This document shows positions 17,922 to 29,494 of a stretch of DNA of 40,179 nucleotides, in pieces. The stretch is from Verrucomicrobia subdivision 6 bacterium BACL9 MAG-120507-bin52. GTDB lineage: Bacteria; Verrucomicrobiota; Verrucomicrobiia; Methylacidiphilales; Verrucolacustridaceae. The stretch's first letter is position 1. Each line of letters begins with the position of its first letter. Location: contig LIBO01000001.1 in assembly GCA_001438005.1 (NCBI GenBank), positions 1 through 40,179 on the forward strand, read 5' to 3'. The notes under the pieces were generated by a model that ran no database searches, had not been told where the DNA came from, and was given only the letters and a program-made list of their open reading frames with translations. A program made the position numbers and the translations under genes.

Positions 17922-20900
17922 ATGAACCAACAGACCCAATCGGCACGTGAAATCCTCGGAATGGAGAGAAGCGTCGGTTTTGACGAAGTCAGTATTACGG
18001 TTGCTTCGCCTGAAGCGATTCTATCTTGGAGCCGGGGAGAAACGAAAAATCCGGAAACCATTAACTACCGGACTTTTAAGCCGGAAAAGGGTGGTTTGTT
18101 TTGTGAGCGGATTTTTGGGCCGACCAAGGATTACGAGTGTTCGTGCGGAAAGTACAAGCGGATCAAGTTTAAGGGTGTGATTTGCGATCGTTGCGGAGTG
18201 GAGGTGACTTTGGCGCGCGTGCGACGGGAGCGGATGGGCCACATCGAGTTGGCGGTACCCGTGAGCCACATCTGGTTCTACAAGTGCATGCCGAGTCGAT
18301 TGGGTTTGATGATGGATATGACCGCGCGTGATCTCGAGCGGGTGATCTATTACGAGGATTACCTCGTGATCGACGAAGGGAAGACCCCGCTCAAACCAAA
18401 GCAGCTTTTAACCGAGACCGAGTATCGGGAAGCTCAAGAGCAGTTCGGAGATTCCTTCGTGGCCAAGATGGGCGCCGAGGCAATCCGCGACGTGTTCAAG
18501 AAGATCGATTTGGATGAGTTGATCACGGAGCTAGAGCAGCAGTTGGAGACGACCAAGAGCAAGCAGACACGCAAGAAAGTCGCGAAAAGACTAAAATTGG
18601 TGCAAGGATTCTTGAATGCAGGGTCGCGCCCTGAGTGGATGATTTTGGAAATTTTGCCCGTCATCCCACCTGATTTACGGCCTTTGGTTCCGCTGGAAGG
18701 CGGTCGTTTCGCAACATCCGATCTGAATGATTTGTATCGTCGAGTGATTAATCGGAATAATCGTTTGCGCAACCTTCTGCAGTTGAAAACACCCGAAGTG
18801 ATCATTCGAAATGAAAAGCGAATGTTGCAGGAGTCGGTCGATGCTTTGATGGATAACGGCCGGCACGGCCGGGCGGTAACGGGGGCGGGAAATCGTCCGT
18901 TAAAGTCTCTTTCCGACATGTTGAAGGGCAAGACGGGTCGTTTCCGGATGAATCTATTGGGTAAGCGCGTGGATTATTCTGGTCGTTCGGTCATCGTGAT
19001 CGGGCCCGAATTAAAACTGAACGAGTGCGGATTACCCAAGAAGATGGCGCTGGTTCTCTTTGAACCTTTTATCATTCGTCGTCTGAAGGAGCTTGGGCAG
19101 GTTCACACCGTTCGCTCGGCCAAGAAGATGATCGAGAAAAAAGAGCCGATTGTTTGGGATACTTTAGAGGAAGTCACTCGTGAGCACCCGGTGTTGCTGA
19201 ATCGTGCCCCGACTCTCCACCGCTTATCGGTGCAAGGCTTCGAGCCAAAGCTAATTGAGGGGGACGCGATTCGAATTCATCCGCTCGTCTGTACGGCGTA
19301 CAACGCGGATTTTGACGGGGATCAGATGGCGGTGCATATCCCCCTCAGCGTGGAAGCCCAGTTGGAGGCGCGCTTGCTCATGCTGGCACCAAATAATATT
19401 TTCGGACCCAGTAACGGTCGTCCGATCACTACTCCTAGCCAAGACATTACCTTGGGGTGCTACTATATTTCCCAGAACCCGCTGCGCACAGCGGAGAAGG
19501 GCGATAGTAAGAAGAATAGGCTCACCGCGTTTTCCAACGCCGATGAGGTGGATTTTGCACTGAGCGAGAAGAGCCTAAAAACACACGACTGGATTTTGTT
19601 CAAGAATCCGGATTTTGGTCTGGCGACAGTCTTTGGGGATGCAACGAAGAAGTTCATTGAAACGACCCCTGGTCGGGTCGAGTTTAATAGTATTTGGCCG
19701 AAAGAGCTGGGCTTCATTAACAAGCCCGCTGGCAAAAAACAATTAGGGGAGATTATCTTACGCTGTTACGAAAAGTGTGGTCACGCGGCCACAGTTGTGT
19801 GCCTGGATAAGCTCAAGGATTTGGGATTCAAGTCGGCCACTCGGGCGGGGGTATCGATCGGAATTAATGACATGATTATTCCGGAGGAGAAACCGGCGGT
19901 GATTGAGAGGGCTCGTGGATCGGTGGCCCAAGTGGAGAAGCAGTACCGCATGGGTGCGATCACCGATGGGGAGCGTTACAACAAGATCGTGGATATCTGG
20001 ACGCAAGCGACGGAGGAAATTTCTTCCGCGATGTATCGCACCCTGGAGCACAATGAGGGTCGGAAAGACTTTAACCCTGTCTACTTGATGGTGGATTCAG
20101 GTGCGCGAGGGAATCGCAATCAGGTCCGGCAGTTGGCTGGAATGCGCGGATTGATGGCCAAGCCCTCGGGAGAAATCATTGAGCGGCCGATTACGGCAAG
20201 TTTCCGTGAGGGGCTTTCGGTTTTGGAGTACTTCATCAGTACCCACGGAGCGCGTAAAGGGTTGGCGGACACAGCGTTAAAGACGGCAGATTCGGGTTAT
20301 ATGACCCGCAAGTTGTGCGATGTGGCGATGGACATCATCGTGCGGGAGCAGGATTGTGGAACAGAGCGCGGAATCTGGGTCAAAGCGATCATGGAAGGCG
20401 ACGATGAGATCGTTCGGCTCCGTGACCGTATTTACGGTCGAGTGAGCTGCGATGACATTGTTGATCCGGTGAGCAAGAAGAAGGTGGTGGCGGCAGGCGA
20501 AATGATCAGTGAAAAAGCGGCCGCAGCCATTGAAGATTTAGGTCAAGAGAGGGTGAAGATTCGCTCAGCTCTGACTTGTGAAACGAAGCGGGGTGTTTGC
20601 ATCTCCTGCTACGGATTAAATTTAGCCACGAATCAGGAGGCCAAGTTGGGCGAAGCGGTGGGAATTATTGCCGCGCAGAGTATTGGCGAACCGGGAACTC
20701 AGTTGACCATGCGTACCTTTCACATTGGTGGAACGGCTTCCCAGGTCTTTAAGCAGCCCCAAATCAAAGCGAAGAATGATGGAGCCGTGCAGTACACCGA
20801 CCTGAAAACGGTGAAAGCCTTGGAAGGACACGACATCGTGTTGAACAAAAATGGTTTCATCAGCGTTCATGCTGCGGATGGTCGCGAGCTCGAACGTTAT

Positions 20901-22091
20901 CCTGTCGTCATCGGATCGATGATCTCGGTTCCCGAGGGTGGCAAGGTTAAGAAGGGGCAAAGCTTTGTGCAGTGGGATCCGTACAACATCTCGATCCTGA
21001 CGGAGAAAGCGGGACGAGTGGAGTTCAAGGACATCTTAGAAGGTGTAACGATGAAGAAGGAGGTGGACGAAACCACCAAGTCGGTCGGCACCGTGATCAT
21101 CGAGCACAAAGAGGATCTGCATCCGCAGATTGCCATTGTGGACGCCGCGGGGGCGGTGGTGGCGGCTTACAGTATTCCGGCTGGAGCCCACATTGAGGTG
21201 AAGGACGGTGAGAAAGTGCAGGCGGGTCAACGTATGGCCAAGACGCCGAGGAAGGTGACCAAGACGAAAGATATCACGGGAGGTCTTCCTCGCGTGGCGG
21301 AGCTCTTTGAGGCGCGCCGCCCTAAGGATGCAGCGGAAATTGCCAAGATTGACGGAGTGGTGGACTTGCAAGGCAATGTCCGCGGCAAAAAGAAGTTGAT
21401 CATCAAAGATCCTGAGACCAATACGGAAGAGGAGCATTTGATTCCTCTCTCGAAGCACTTGATTGTCTACAAAGGGGACACGGTGAAAAAGGGACAACAG
21501 TTGACCGAGGGGCCAGTGGTGCCGCACGAGATTCTCGAGGTCTGCGGACCGCAGGAGCTGCAAGAGTATTTGGTGAACGAAGTGCAGGAGGTGTATCGCC
21601 TGCAAGGGGTCGAGATCAACGATAAGCACATCGAGATCATCGTTCGGCAGATGCTGCGCAAAGTGAAAATTACCGAACCGGGGGATACTCAATTCCTTTG
21701 GGGAGAGCAGATCGAGAAAACGACGTTTGAAGAGGCAAATCGGGTGATTGAGCAGAAGGGTGGCAAGCCGGCTGAGGCGACCCCCGTCTTGCTGGGAATC
21801 ACCAAGGCTTCCCTCGAAACGGAGAGCTTTATTTCTGCGGCTTCATTCCAAGACACGACTCGGATCCTGACCGATGCATCGACTTTAGGTAAGGTCGATA
21901 AATTATTGGGATTCAAGGAGAACGTCATTATGGGTCACTTGATTCCGGCCGGGACGGGTTTCAGTGCCTATCGGAAGATCAAGTTGCTCCATCTGGGGGA
22001 ACCGGTGGGAGAGGCGTTGGTCAGCACGCAACCGGAGGAAGATAGGGCTCGCAAAGTGGCTCTGGATATCCCCGCGGCGTTGGCCAGTTAG
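17922..22091 (+). CDS. rpoC: RNA polymerase beta' subunit
   Basis: N-terminal Zn ribbon, catalytic [36 protein letters not shown]. Confidence 0.99.
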   Translation: MNQQTQSAREILGMERSVGFDEVSITVASPEAILSWSRGETKNPETINYRTFKPEKGGLFCERIFGPTKDYECSCGKYKRIKFKGVICDRCGVEVTLARVRRERMGHIELAVPVSHIWFYKCMPSRLGLMMDMTARDLERVIYYEDYLVIDEGKTPLKPKQLLTETEYREAQEQFGDSFVAKMGAEAIRDVFKKIDLDELITELEQQLETTKSKQTRKKVAKRLKLVQGFLNAGSRPEWMILEILPVIPPDLRPLVPLEGGRFATSDLNDLYRRVINRNNRLRNLLQLKTPEVIIRNEKRMLQESVDALMDNGRHGRAVTGAGNRPLKSLSDMLKGKTGRFRMNLLGKRVDYSGRSVIVIGPELKLNECGLPKKMALVLFEPFIIRRLKELGQVHTVRSAKKMIEKKEPIVWDTLEEVTREHPVLLNRAPTLHRLSVQGFEPKLIEGDAIRIHPLVCTAYNADFDGDQMAVHIPLSVEAQLEARLLMLAPNNIFGPSNGRPITTPSQDITLGCYYISQNPLRTAEKGDSKKNRLTAFSNADEVDFALSEKSLKTHDWILFKNPDFGLATVFGDATKKFIETTPGRVEFNSIWPKELGFINKPAGKKQLGEIILRCYEKCGHAATVVCLDKLKDLGFKSATRAGVSIGINDMIIPEEKPAVIERARGSVAQVEKQYRMGAITDGERYNKIVDIWTQATEEISSAMYRTLEHNEGRKDFNPVYLMVDSGARGNRNQVRQLAGMRGLMAKPSGEIIERPITASFREGLSVLEYFISTHGARKGLADTALKTADSGYMTRKLCDVAMDIIVREQDCGTERGIWVKAIMEGDDEIVRLRDRIYGRVSCDDIVDPVSKKKVVAAGEMISEKAAAAIEDLGQERVKIRSALTCETKRGVCISCYGLNLATNQEAKLGEAVGIIAAQSIGEPGTQLTMRTFHIGGTASQVFKQPQIKAKNDGAVQYTDLKTVKALEGHDIVLNKNGFISVHAADGRELERYPVVIGSMISVPEGGKVKKGQSFVQWDPYNISILTEKAGRVEFKDILEGVTMKKEVDETTKSVGTVIIEHKEDLHPQIAIVDAAGAVVAAYSIPAGAHIEVKDGEKVQAGQRMAKTPRKVTKTKDITGGLPRVAELFEARRPKDAAEIAKIDGVVDLQGNVRGKKKLIIKDPETNTEEEHLIPLSKHLIVYKGDTVKKGQQLTEGPVVPHEILEVCGPQELQEYLVNEVQEVYRLQGVEINDKHIEIIVRQMLRKVKITEPGDTQFLWGEQIEKTTFEEANRVIEQKGGKPAEATPVLLGITKASLETESFISAASFQDTTRILTDASTLGKVDKLLGFKENVIMGHLIPAGTGFSAYRKIKLLHLGEPVGEALVSTQPEEDRARKVALDIPAALAS

Positions 22092-22114
22092 GGCAGAAAT
22101 CTTTCAGAAATCAC

Positions 22115-22143
22115 TTGCCGACAGTAGTTTTTTTCGGCAGGAT
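22115..22143 (+). promoter_or_regulatory. Putative sigma70 promoter of the str operon
   Basis: TTGCCG 22115-20, 17 bp spacer, CAGGAT 22138-43; lies within an imperfect inverted repeat CTTGCCGA/TCGGCAGG. Confidence 0.5.
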
Positions 22144-22149
22144 TTGAAT

Positions 22150-22317
22150 TTCCGCTGTCATCCGACTGGGACCTGAAAAGGTCGACCCGTTAGGTTTTGC
22201 GGCATGTGACGGTTCGGTTGAATCGTCCTCCATGCGTGCGCCATCGAGCGCTTCATGGGCCCTTCCGGGGGTGTCGTTCGGCCAAGGATCGAAAGATGGA
22301 AAGAGGACATCGATACC
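22150..22317 (+). ncRNA. Candidate structured 5' leader of rpsL
   Basis: Several stems, two GAAA tetraloop hairpins, and GTCCTC/GAGGAC pairing over the SD-like GAGGA. Confidence 0.5.
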
Positions 22318-22758
22318 ATGCCGACAATTAATCAGCTTGTGAGATTGGGTCGTTCCGCCGTGAAGCGGGGGACGAAGTCTCCTGCGCTGCACGGATGTCC
22401 GCAACGGCGCGGTGTTTGCCTGCAGGTCATGACCCGCACACCGAAAAAGCCGAATTCGGCGCTACGTAAAGTTGCCAAAGTACGACTTTCGAACGGGGAA
22501 GAGGTGATTGCCTACATTCCTGGGGAAAACCATAATTTGCAGGAGCACTCGATTGTTTTGATCCGTGGTGGGCGGGTGAAAGATTTGCCCGGGGTTCGCT
22601 ATCATATTGTCCGCGGAACGTTAGACGCACTGGGCGCGGCTGGACCGAGTAACTCAAACAAACTTTCCCGGCTGGTTTCACGGAGCAAGTACGGAGTGAA
22701 GAGACCGAAGGGCGGCGGAGCCAAGGCGGCGGCAGAAGCCAAGCCGGCCAAAGCGTAA
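22318..22758 (+). CDS. rpsL: 30S ribosomal protein S12
   Basis: [34 protein letters not shown]. Confidence 0.99.
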   Translation: MPTINQLVRLGRSAVKRGTKSPALHGCPQRRGVCLQVMTRTPKKPNSALRKVAKVRLSNGEEVIAYIPGENHNLQEHSIVLIRGGRVKDLPGVRYHIVRGTLDALGAAGPSNSNKLSRLVSRSKYGVKRPKGGGAKAAAEAKPAKA

Positions 22759-22771
22759 AGGAGATCGAACC

Positions 22772-23245
22772 ATGTCCCGCCGTCGTCGCCATATTTCACG
22801 TAAGATCGTCTCGGACCCCGTTTTTGAAAGCATGCTGGTGGGTCGAATGATCGGCTACATCCTCAAGCAGGGCAAATTGTCGACGGCGAGCCGTTTGGTT
22901 TATAACGCGATTGAGAGGGCGAATGAGGGTGGTTCGGGGGGAGATCCTTTGGCGGTGGTGCAAAAAGCGGTTGAGAATGTGAAACCTCGGCTGGAAGTAA
23001 AGTCTCGTCGAGTCGGGGGTGCGACCTATCAGGTTCCCGTTGAAACTACGCCGGAGCGGCAACTCGCGTTGGCTCTTCGCTGGATTGTGGAATTGGCCAA
23101 CAAGCGTAAAGGTTTGGCCTTTGAAAAAGCTTTGGCACAAGAAATTCGGGACGCCGCTTCGGGGCAGGGAAACGCTGTGAAGAAGCGAGATGAAACTCAT
23201 CGTATGGCGCAGGCCAACCGAGCGTTTGCCCATTTACGCTGGTAA
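22772..23245 (+). CDS. rpsG: 30S ribosomal protein S7
   Basis: EVKSRRVGGATYQVP, HRMAQANRAFAH. Confidence 0.99.
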   Translation: MSRRRRHISRKIVSDPVFESMLVGRMIGYILKQGKLSTASRLVYNAIERANEGGSGGDPLAVVQKAVENVKPRLEVKSRRVGGATYQVPVETTPERQLALALRWIVELANKRKGLAFEKALAQEIRDAASGQGNAVKKRDETHRMAQANRAFAHLRW

Positions 23246-23251
23246 TCCATT

Positions 23252-25396
23252 ATGGCTGCCCCCGTCAATTCAGCTCGGAGCTACTCGTTGGAGAGGACTC
23301 GCAACATAGGGATCTGTGCCCATATCGATGCGGGTAAGACCACACTTACGGAACGGGTTCTTTTCTACACGGGCAGCATTCACAAGATGGGCGAAGTGCA
23401 CGAGGGCACCACGGTAACGGATTGGATGGAGCAGGAGAGAGAGCGTGGAATCACGATCACCTCAGCCGCGACGACCTGTTTCTGGCCGGTGAAAGAGGAT
23501 ACGGGAATTGTTAAGGCTTTCGAAAAAACAAAGAACCGAATCAATATTATCGATACTCCGGGCCACGTCGATTTTACAGCGGAAGTAGAGCGTTCCTTAC
23601 GGGTGTTGGATGGTGCGATCGCCGTATTTTGCGGGGTGGCGGGAGTTCAGCCGCAGAGCGAAACGGTGTGGCGCCAAGCGAACAAGTACGGAGTTCCGCG
23701 GATCGCGTTTGTCAACAAGATGGATCGGACGGGAGCAGATTTTGAAAAAGCCTTAGGTGAAATGAAGACGAAATTAGGCGCGAATGCCTGGCCAATCTTG
23801 ATTCCCCTCGGCAAGGAAGATTACCTCAAGGGGGTGATCGATATCATTAATCAGAAAGCCATCGTCTATACGGACAGCAAGGAATTGGGTTCGACCTATG
23901 CGATTGAGGAGATTCCGGCGGAGCATCAGGAGATGGCGAAACAGAAATTAGAGGAGTTGATTGAGGCGATTGCGGATGTGGATGAGGAGGTGGGGAACAT
24001 GTTCTTGGAGGAGAAGAGACCCACGAGCAAGCAACTGAAGGAAGCGGTTCGTCGGGCAACCTGCTCGAATAAGTTTGTACCCGTGGTCGGTGGTTCTGCT
24101 TTTAAAAACAAAGGGGTACAAACTTTGGTGGATGCGGTGATTGAATATCTTCCCAGCCCGATCGACATTCCTCCGGCCATTGGGCATAGCACAGAAAACC
24201 CCGAAGAGAGAATCCCCGTCAAAGTGGACGATAATGCAAAATTCTGCTCGTTGGCCTTCAAGCTCTGGACCGATCCCTTTGTGGGCAAGCTGATCTTTTT
24301 CAGGGTTTATGCGGGCAAGCTGAGCAAGGGCGAGTTCATTTATAATTCACGCACGGGGAAAAGGGAACGGGTGAGTCGACTGATCCAAATTCAGGCGGAC
24401 AAGCGGGAGGATATCGACACGGTTTTTGCGGGTGATATTGCCGCGACGGTCGGATTAAAGGATATCGCCACGGGTGATACATTGCGCAACGAGGACTTAG
24501 AAATCACCCTTGAGCCACCCAGTTTTCCCGAACCGGTTATCTCGATGGCGGTGGAACCGAAGACCAAGGGAGATCGTGAAAAAATGGGCGAAGCTCTTCA
24601 GCGTCTTTCCGAAGAAGATCCGACTTTCCAGGTTCAGAGCAACGAGGAAACAGGTCAGACCATCATCAAAGGGATGGGCGAGTTACATTTGGAAATTATT
24701 TGCGACCGTTTGAAGCGGGAATTCAGCGTGGAGACAAATTCCGGCGCTCCGCAGATCGCTTATCGTGAGACGATTACGAAGAGCTCGGGTGGGGAAGGCA
24801 AGCTGATCAAGCAGTCCGGCGGTCGGGGCCAATATGGTCACGTGATCCTCCAAGTGGAGCCGCAAGAGCGTGGCAAGGGAATTACCGTGGACAACAAGGT
24901 GACGGGTGGAAATATTCCCAAGGAATACATCCCGGCGGTCAAAAAGGGTGTGCAAGAGGCTTTGCTTAATGGGGTACTGCACGGAAGTCCGGTTATCGAC
25001 ATGAAGATCGAGATTATGGACGGCTCGTACCACGAGGTGGATTCCAACGAGTTAGCGTTCAAGATGGCGGCTATTTTTGCGGTCAAGGATGCGATGCAAA
25101 AAGCGGGTCCCATTCTGTTGGAGCCGATTATGTCGGTGGAGTGTTCGACTCCGGATGAGTACCAAGGCGATATTTTGGGTGATATTAACCGGCGCCGGGG
25201 AAAAATTATGAACGTGGACTCGAAGAACCTGACCTCGGTGGTGAAGGCAGAAGTTCCTTTGGCGGAAATGTTTGGTTATGTGAATACGATCCGATCTCTT
25301 TCCCGTGGCCGGGCGGCCTATTCGATGGAGCCGTCCCACTTTGAACAGGTTCCGTCGAGCGTTCTCGCGCAAGTCACCCAACAAAAGAAAGGTTAA
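23252..25396 (+). CDS. fusA: Elongation factor G
   Basis: [42 protein letters not shown]. Confidence 0.99.
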   Translation: MAAPVNSARSYSLERTRNIGICAHIDAGKTTLTERVLFYTGSIHKMGEVHEGTTVTDWMEQERERGITITSAATTCFWPVKEDTGIVKAFEKTKNRINIIDTPGHVDFTAEVERSLRVLDGAIAVFCGVAGVQPQSETVWRQANKYGVPRIAFVNKMDRTGADFEKALGEMKTKLGANAWPILIPLGKEDYLKGVIDIINQKAIVYTDSKELGSTYAIEEIPAEHQEMAKQKLEELIEAIADVDEEVGNMFLEEKRPTSKQLKEAVRRATCSNKFVPVVGGSAFKNKGVQTLVDAVIEYLPSPIDIPPAIGHSTENPEERIPVKVDDNAKFCSLAFKLWTDPFVGKLIFFRVYAGKLSKGEFIYNSRTGKRERVSRLIQIQADKREDIDTVFAGDIAATVGLKDIATGDTLRNEDLEITLEPPSFPEPVISMAVEPKTKGDREKMGEALQRLSEEDPTFQVQSNEETGQTIIKGMGELHLEIICDRLKREFSVETNSGAPQIAYRETITKSSGGEGKLIKQSGGRGQYGHVILQVEPQERGKGITVDNKVTGGNIPKEYIPAVKKGVQEALLNGVLHGSPVIDMKIEIMDGSYHEVDSNELAFKMAAIFAVKDAMQKAGPILLEPIMSVECSTPDEYQGDILGDINRRRGKIMNVDSKNLTSVVKAEVPLAEMFGYVNTIRSLSRGRAAYSMEPSHFEQVPSSVLAQVTQQKKG

Positions 25397-25399
25397 TCT

Positions 25400-25708
25400 A
25401 TGGCCACTACCCGCATCCGCATTCGCCTCAAATCATTTGATTTCCGTCTCTTGGATAAAGCGGCCGGTGAGATCTCGGAGACGGCATCTCGGACGGGCTC
25501 CCGCGTGGCCGGACCAATTCCTTTGCCGACCAAGATCGAGCGGTACACGGTGAATCGCTCTCCTCATTGCGACAAGAAGAGCATGGACCAGTTTGAGATC
25601 CGTACCCACAAACGTTTGCTCGATATTCTCGAACCTTCAGGAAAAACGGTGGACGAACTTAAAAAATTAAACCTGCCTGCTGGGGTGGACATCACGATCA
25701 AGATCTAA
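25400..25708 (+). CDS. rpsJ: 30S ribosomal protein S10
   Basis: [26 protein letters not shown]. Confidence 0.99.
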   Translation: MATTRIRIRLKSFDFRLLDKAAGEISETASRTGSRVAGPIPLPTKIERYTVNRSPHCDKKSMDQFEIRTHKRLLDILEPSGKTVDELKKLNLPAGVDITIKI

Positions 25709-25722
25709 AGGAGTACCTGACG

Positions 25723-26367
25723 ATGATTGAGAGATTTGGCATGATTGGGAAAAAGGTGGGGATGACTCGGATCTATGACGATCAGGGTCTGGCCACGGCC
25801 GTGACGGTGATCTCGGCGGAGATCAACACGGTGTACGAACTTCGCACTCCTGAGAAAAATAAGGTGAAAGCAGTGGTGATGGGAATGGGAGAGCGCAAAA
25901 GCTCGAGGACAAATAAGCCACAACGAGTCGCCTTTGAAAAAGCAGGTCGAAAAAATCCACTTTTCTTGCGTCAGTTTCGCGCAGCTCCGGCAGATCTTGC
26001 GGTGGGCACCGAAGTTGCCGTGACTCGATTTAAGGCAGGTCAACTCGTCGACGTGTACGGACTTTCCAAGGGGAAAGGCTTTCATGGCGTGATGCGGAAA
26101 CATAATTTTGCCGGTCAAGCGGATGCGCACGGATCGACGACACATCGCCGAAATGGTTCCATCGGTTGCCGATCGACCCCCGGACGTGTTTATAAAAATG
26201 CGGGCATGCCTGGGCATTTGGGCTTGGACAACTGTACGATTCAGAATTTGAAGGTCATGCAAGTCAGGGAAGTGGAAAAGCTCCTTTTGGTTCGCGGGGC
26301 GATTCCTGGTGCGAACGGGAGTGTGGTCATTGTACGGGATGCGAAAAAAGTGGCCTTGAAGGCTTAA
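25723..26367 (+). CDS. rplC: 50S ribosomal protein L3
   Basis: GKKVGMT, SKGKGFHG, HRRNGSIG, MPGHLG, VRGAIPG. Confidence 0.98.
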   Translation: MIERFGMIGKKVGMTRIYDDQGLATAVTVISAEINTVYELRTPEKNKVKAVVMGMGERKSSRTNKPQRVAFEKAGRKNPLFLRQFRAAPADLAVGTEVAVTRFKAGQLVDVYGLSKGKGFHGVMRKHNFAGQADAHGSTTHRRNGSIGCRSTPGRVYKNAGMPGHLGLDNCTIQNLKVMQVREVEKLLLVRGAIPGANGSVVIVRDAKKVALKA

Positions 26368-26371
26368 TTGT

Positions 26372-27013
26372 ATGGCCAAAGCAAAAACCATTGACCTGAC
26401 TGCCGCCGAGAAAGCCCTCGGGGTTGAGCTTTTTAAGGATCGTCGTGCCAGCCAAGCGTTGCATGAAGCAGTGACGGCATATCGTGCGGCACGTCGGTCG
26501 GGCACTCATTCGACCAAGACGAAAGCAATGGTGGATCTTTCGGGTGCGAAGCCGTGGAATCAAAAGGGAACGGGACGTGCCCGTGCGGGATATAAATCTT
26601 CCCCCGTCTGGCGTGGGGGTGGTGTTGCTTTTGGCCCTCATCCGCGCAGCTATCGAAAAGACATTCCAAAGACCGTTCTGCGGACGGCCCTCCGTCGTGC
26701 GATCAGTGATTTGGCCACCCAAGGAAAACTACACAGTGGTTTGGTTCCTAGTCTCAAAGCACCCAAAACAAAGGAACTGATTGCTTGGTTGAAGGATGCA
26801 GGATTGCCTTTGTCGGTTCTTTTGATTTTAGGGAAACCGGAAAGCACACTTTTGAAAGCTGCCCACAACCTTCGTGAAGTGGATGTTCGCCCTGCTCGTG
26901 AGGTCAACGCCGAGGATCTACTGCGTCGCCGCATGGTCTGGGTTTCAGAGGAGGCCTGGAAAGAGCTGGGCACACGACTCAACGCGGGTTCGAAGGAGGC
27001 CAAGACATCATGA
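26372..27013 (+). CDS. rplD: 50S ribosomal protein L4
   Basis: GTHSTKT, KPWNQKGTGRARAG, GGGVAFGPHPR. Confidence 0.98.
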   Translation: MAKAKTIDLTAAEKALGVELFKDRRASQALHEAVTAYRAARRSGTHSTKTKAMVDLSGAKPWNQKGTGRARAGYKSSPVWRGGGVAFGPHPRSYRKDIPKTVLRTALRRAISDLATQGKLHSGLVPSLKAPKTKELIAWLKDAGLPLSVLLILGKPESTLLKAAHNLREVDVRPAREVNAEDLLRRRMVWVSEEAWKELGTRLNAGSKEAKTS

Positions 27014-27294
27014 GACAACCGACAGAAGTCATCCTGACACCTAGGATTTCGGAGAAGGGGAATCGGTTAGCGACCTCCCATAATCAGTATCTTTTTGACG
27101 TAGCCCCCGATGCGACAAAACTCGAAATCCGTCAGGCAATCACGGCACTTTTTGGAAAAAAGGTCCTCCGAGTGAATACCATGCGGCGGGCCGGCAAATC
27201 GAGGCGCTCCCGTCGAGGAGAGCCCGGTCGCACCAATCACGGCAAACGAGCGATCATCACCCTGGCAGAGGGCCAGAAGATTGAGTTGGTCTAG
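27010..27294 (+). CDS. rplW: 50S ribosomal protein L23
   Basis: PRISEK, ATKLEIRQAI, VNTM, KRAIITL. Confidence 0.97.
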   Translation: MRQPTEVILTPRISEKGNRLATSHNQYLFDVAPDATKLEIRQAITALFGKKVLRVNTMRRAGKSRRSRRGEPGRTNHGKRAIITLAEGQKIELV

Positions 27295-27304
27295 GAGAAT
27301 TATT

Positions 27305-28156
27305 ATGGCCTTAAAAGAATTTCGTCCTCTGACCCCTTCCTTGCGGTTCACCCAGCTACACGACTTTAGTGAGCTGACCCGAGGTTCTGCGCCGGAACGC
27401 AGTTTGATGGAAATCAAACGCCGCACAGGTGGTCGGAACGCCCATGGCCGCACGACTTCGCGGCATCGTGGAGGTGGTCACAAGAAGCAGTTTCGAATCA
27501 TCGAGTGGAATCGCCGCAAACGGACCAAGGCAGGCAAAGTGATCGGAATTCAGTACGATCCAAATCGTTCCGCTCGTATTGCTCTGATTGACTACGGATC
27601 GAAGGAGAAAGCTTATATTTTGGCTCCGGAAGGACTCAAGGTGGGAGGAACGGTAGCCGCGGGAGCGAATGTTCCGGCAGAAGTGGGCAATGCCTTGCCA
27701 TTGCGGCTGATTCCCCAAGGTTTGCCTTTGCACAACATTGAAATGGTTCCCGGACGGGGGGCTCAGATGGTTCGCTCCGCTGGGGCCGCTGCGATCTGCA
27801 CCGCGATCGATAAGGATTATGCGTTGGTGCGTCTTCCCTCGGGCGAACTTCGCCGGTTGCACGCAGATTGTTACGCAACGGTTGGCCAAGTCGGTAATGT
27901 GGCCCACGAAAAGGTGAGTTTAGGAAAAGCGGGTCGGGCCCGATGGTTAGGACGTCGGCCTCATACTCGTGGTATGGTGATGAATCCGGTGGATCATCCG
28001 ATGGGCGGAGGCCAGGGCAAAAGCAAGGGGGGTGGAGGTCGTCAGCATCCTGTTTCGCCTTGGGGACAGTTGGCCAAGGGATTGAAGACTCGTCACCGTC
28101 ACAAGACATCGAGCCGGTTTATTGTTGAGGACCGGAGAAAGAAGAGATCGTCATGA
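27305..28156 (+). CDS. rplB: 50S ribosomal protein L2
   Basis: [30 protein letters not shown]; AGGAG SD before ATG 27305. Confidence 0.99.
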   Translation: MALKEFRPLTPSLRFTQLHDFSELTRGSAPERSLMEIKRRTGGRNAHGRTTSRHRGGGHKKQFRIIEWNRRKRTKAGKVIGIQYDPNRSARIALIDYGSKEKAYILAPEGLKVGGTVAAGANVPAEVGNALPLRLIPQGLPLHNIEMVPGRGAQMVRSAGAAAICTAIDKDYALVRLPSGELRRLHADCYATVGQVGNVAHEKVSLGKAGRARWLGRRPHTRGMVMNPVDHPMGGGQGKSKGGGGRQHPVSPWGQLAKGLKTRHRHKTSSRFIVEDRRKKRSS

Positions 28157-28428
28157 GTCGTAGTCTAAAAAAAGGTGCTTTTATTGATGACCATTTGTTG
28201 GTCAAGGTGCAAAAAATCGGGTCTGGGGCGAAGAAGCCGATCAAGACCTGGTCGCGGCGCTCCATGATTTCGCCCGAATTTGTCGGCCACACTTTTCTCG
28301 TGCACAACGGGAAAGCATTCAACCCTGTTTTCGTAACTGAAAATATGGTGGGTCATCGGCTGGGGGAATTTTCACCAACTCGAATCTTTAAAAAGCACGG
28401 TGGGCACACCGAGAAGGTGACTAAATAA
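28153..28428 (+). CDS. rpsS: 30S ribosomal protein S19
   Basis: [28 protein letters not shown]. Confidence 0.99.
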   Translation: MSRSLKKGAFIDDHLLVKVQKIGSGAKKPIKTWSRRSMISPEFVGHTFLVHNGKAFNPVFVTENMVGHRLGEFSPTRIFKKHGGHTEKVTK

Positions 28429-29075
28429 TGAATTTCCTTCTGCTGCTTGGTTTCTTGGTCTCGGGAAACATGCTCTCGGCGGGAAAGTCGCTGCGACCCG
28501 ATGAGCTGTTGATGGCGCAAGCGGAGGCGAAAGCTTATCGCGCAGCCTGGCTCGAATTGCAGAGACGGGACGAGATTCTGGGGATCGCAGCTTTAAGTAA
28601 CGACGTGCGAGACAGTCATGACCAGATCGCCCGCCTTTCCGGGGAGCTGATCCGGGCGGAGCGCTTTGCGAAGGAACTGGCGGAGCAAACGAAAATAGTT
28701 TTGGACGCGGCGGCGAACTGGGCAGGGGAGCCGATTCCGGCGAAGAAGGCGGCTGCTCGAGCCGAGTTCGAATCGGCCAAACGTGCCCTGAGCGAACTGG
28801 CCAAGAATAATCAACCCCGCTCCCTCGCTCGCGGTTTGACCGACGCCCAAGTCGTGGCCGTGGATCGGGATCAGCAGGCTCTGGTTCTGAATTTGGGCCG
28901 AAGCCAAGGAGCGAAAGAGGGAATGCCGTTTCGAATTTTGAGAGGAGATAAGGTTTTGGGGACGTGTCGTTTGCTTGAGGTGCGGGAATTGATTTCGGCG
29001 GGGTTACCGGAGCAGTTGAATGATGGGGTACAAATTCAAGTGGGGGACCGTGTGTCGGTCTTGGCGCAAAAATGA
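28428..29075 (+). CDS. Uncharacterised, probably exported protein: signal-peptide-like N-terminus, coiled coil, C-terminal beta-rich domain (FlgT C-terminal-like)
   Basis: 215-aa ORF that fills the rpsS-rplV gap exactly, with TAATG and ATGA overlaps; hydrophobic [11 protein letters not shown]; C-terminal VLNLGRSQGAKEG...IQVGDRV pattern. Confidence 0.85.
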   Translation: MNFLLLLGFLVSGNMLSAGKSLRPDELLMAQAEAKAYRAAWLELQRRDEILGIAALSNDVRDSHDQIARLSGELIRAERFAKELAEQTKIVLDAAANWAGEPIPAKKAAARAEFESAKRALSELAKNNQPRSLARGLTDAQVVAVDRDQQALVLNLGRSQGAKEGMPFRILRGDKVLGTCRLLEVRELISAGLPEQLNDGVQIQVGDRVSVLAQK

Positions 29076-29488
29076 GCACTGAAATACGCACGGCGCGAGC
29101 CGAAATGAAGTACGCGCGGATGTCCGCTTTTAAGATTCGGGACATTGCCCGCGCGATGAGGGGATTGACGGTGAAAGAGGCCGATGCTCGGCTTAGTTTT
29201 GCCCCCCAAAAGTCCGCCCGTTTGTTGCTCCAGACTTTGCGTTCGGCCGTAGCCAACGGGGAGAACAACCATTCGATCCCAGCGGACAAACTTAAGGTCC
29301 ATGAAGTCATGGTCGGAGAGGGTACCACCTTCCATCGTTTTCAACCGAAAGCACGTGGGAGCGCGGGTCCGATTCGGAAACGAACCAGTCATATTCGGAT
29401 TACTCTGCGCGAGCTCACCCCAGAAGAGGCGGCTCCTGTGAAAAAGGAAAAGAAAGGGACGAAGGCGAAAGCCGAGTCGAAGGCATAG
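29072..29488 (+). CDS. rplV: 50S ribosomal protein L22
   Basis: RMSAFKIR, SAVANGENN, PKARGSA, KRTSHI. Confidence 0.97.
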   Translation: MSTEIRTARAEMKYARMSAFKIRDIARAMRGLTVKEADARLSFAPQKSARLLLQTLRSAVANGENNHSIPADKLKVHEVMVGEGTTFHRFQPKARGSAGPIRKRTSHIRITLRELTPEEAAPVKKEKKGTKAKAESKA

Positions 29489-29494
29489 AACGTT

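Noticed and set aside
28372-29328. 318-aa minus-strand ORF spanning the rpsS-rplV insertion
   Set aside because: Overlaps rplV and rpsS in antisense and is Pro/Ser/Arg-rich; the + strand ORF has exact coupling overlaps and protein-like composition
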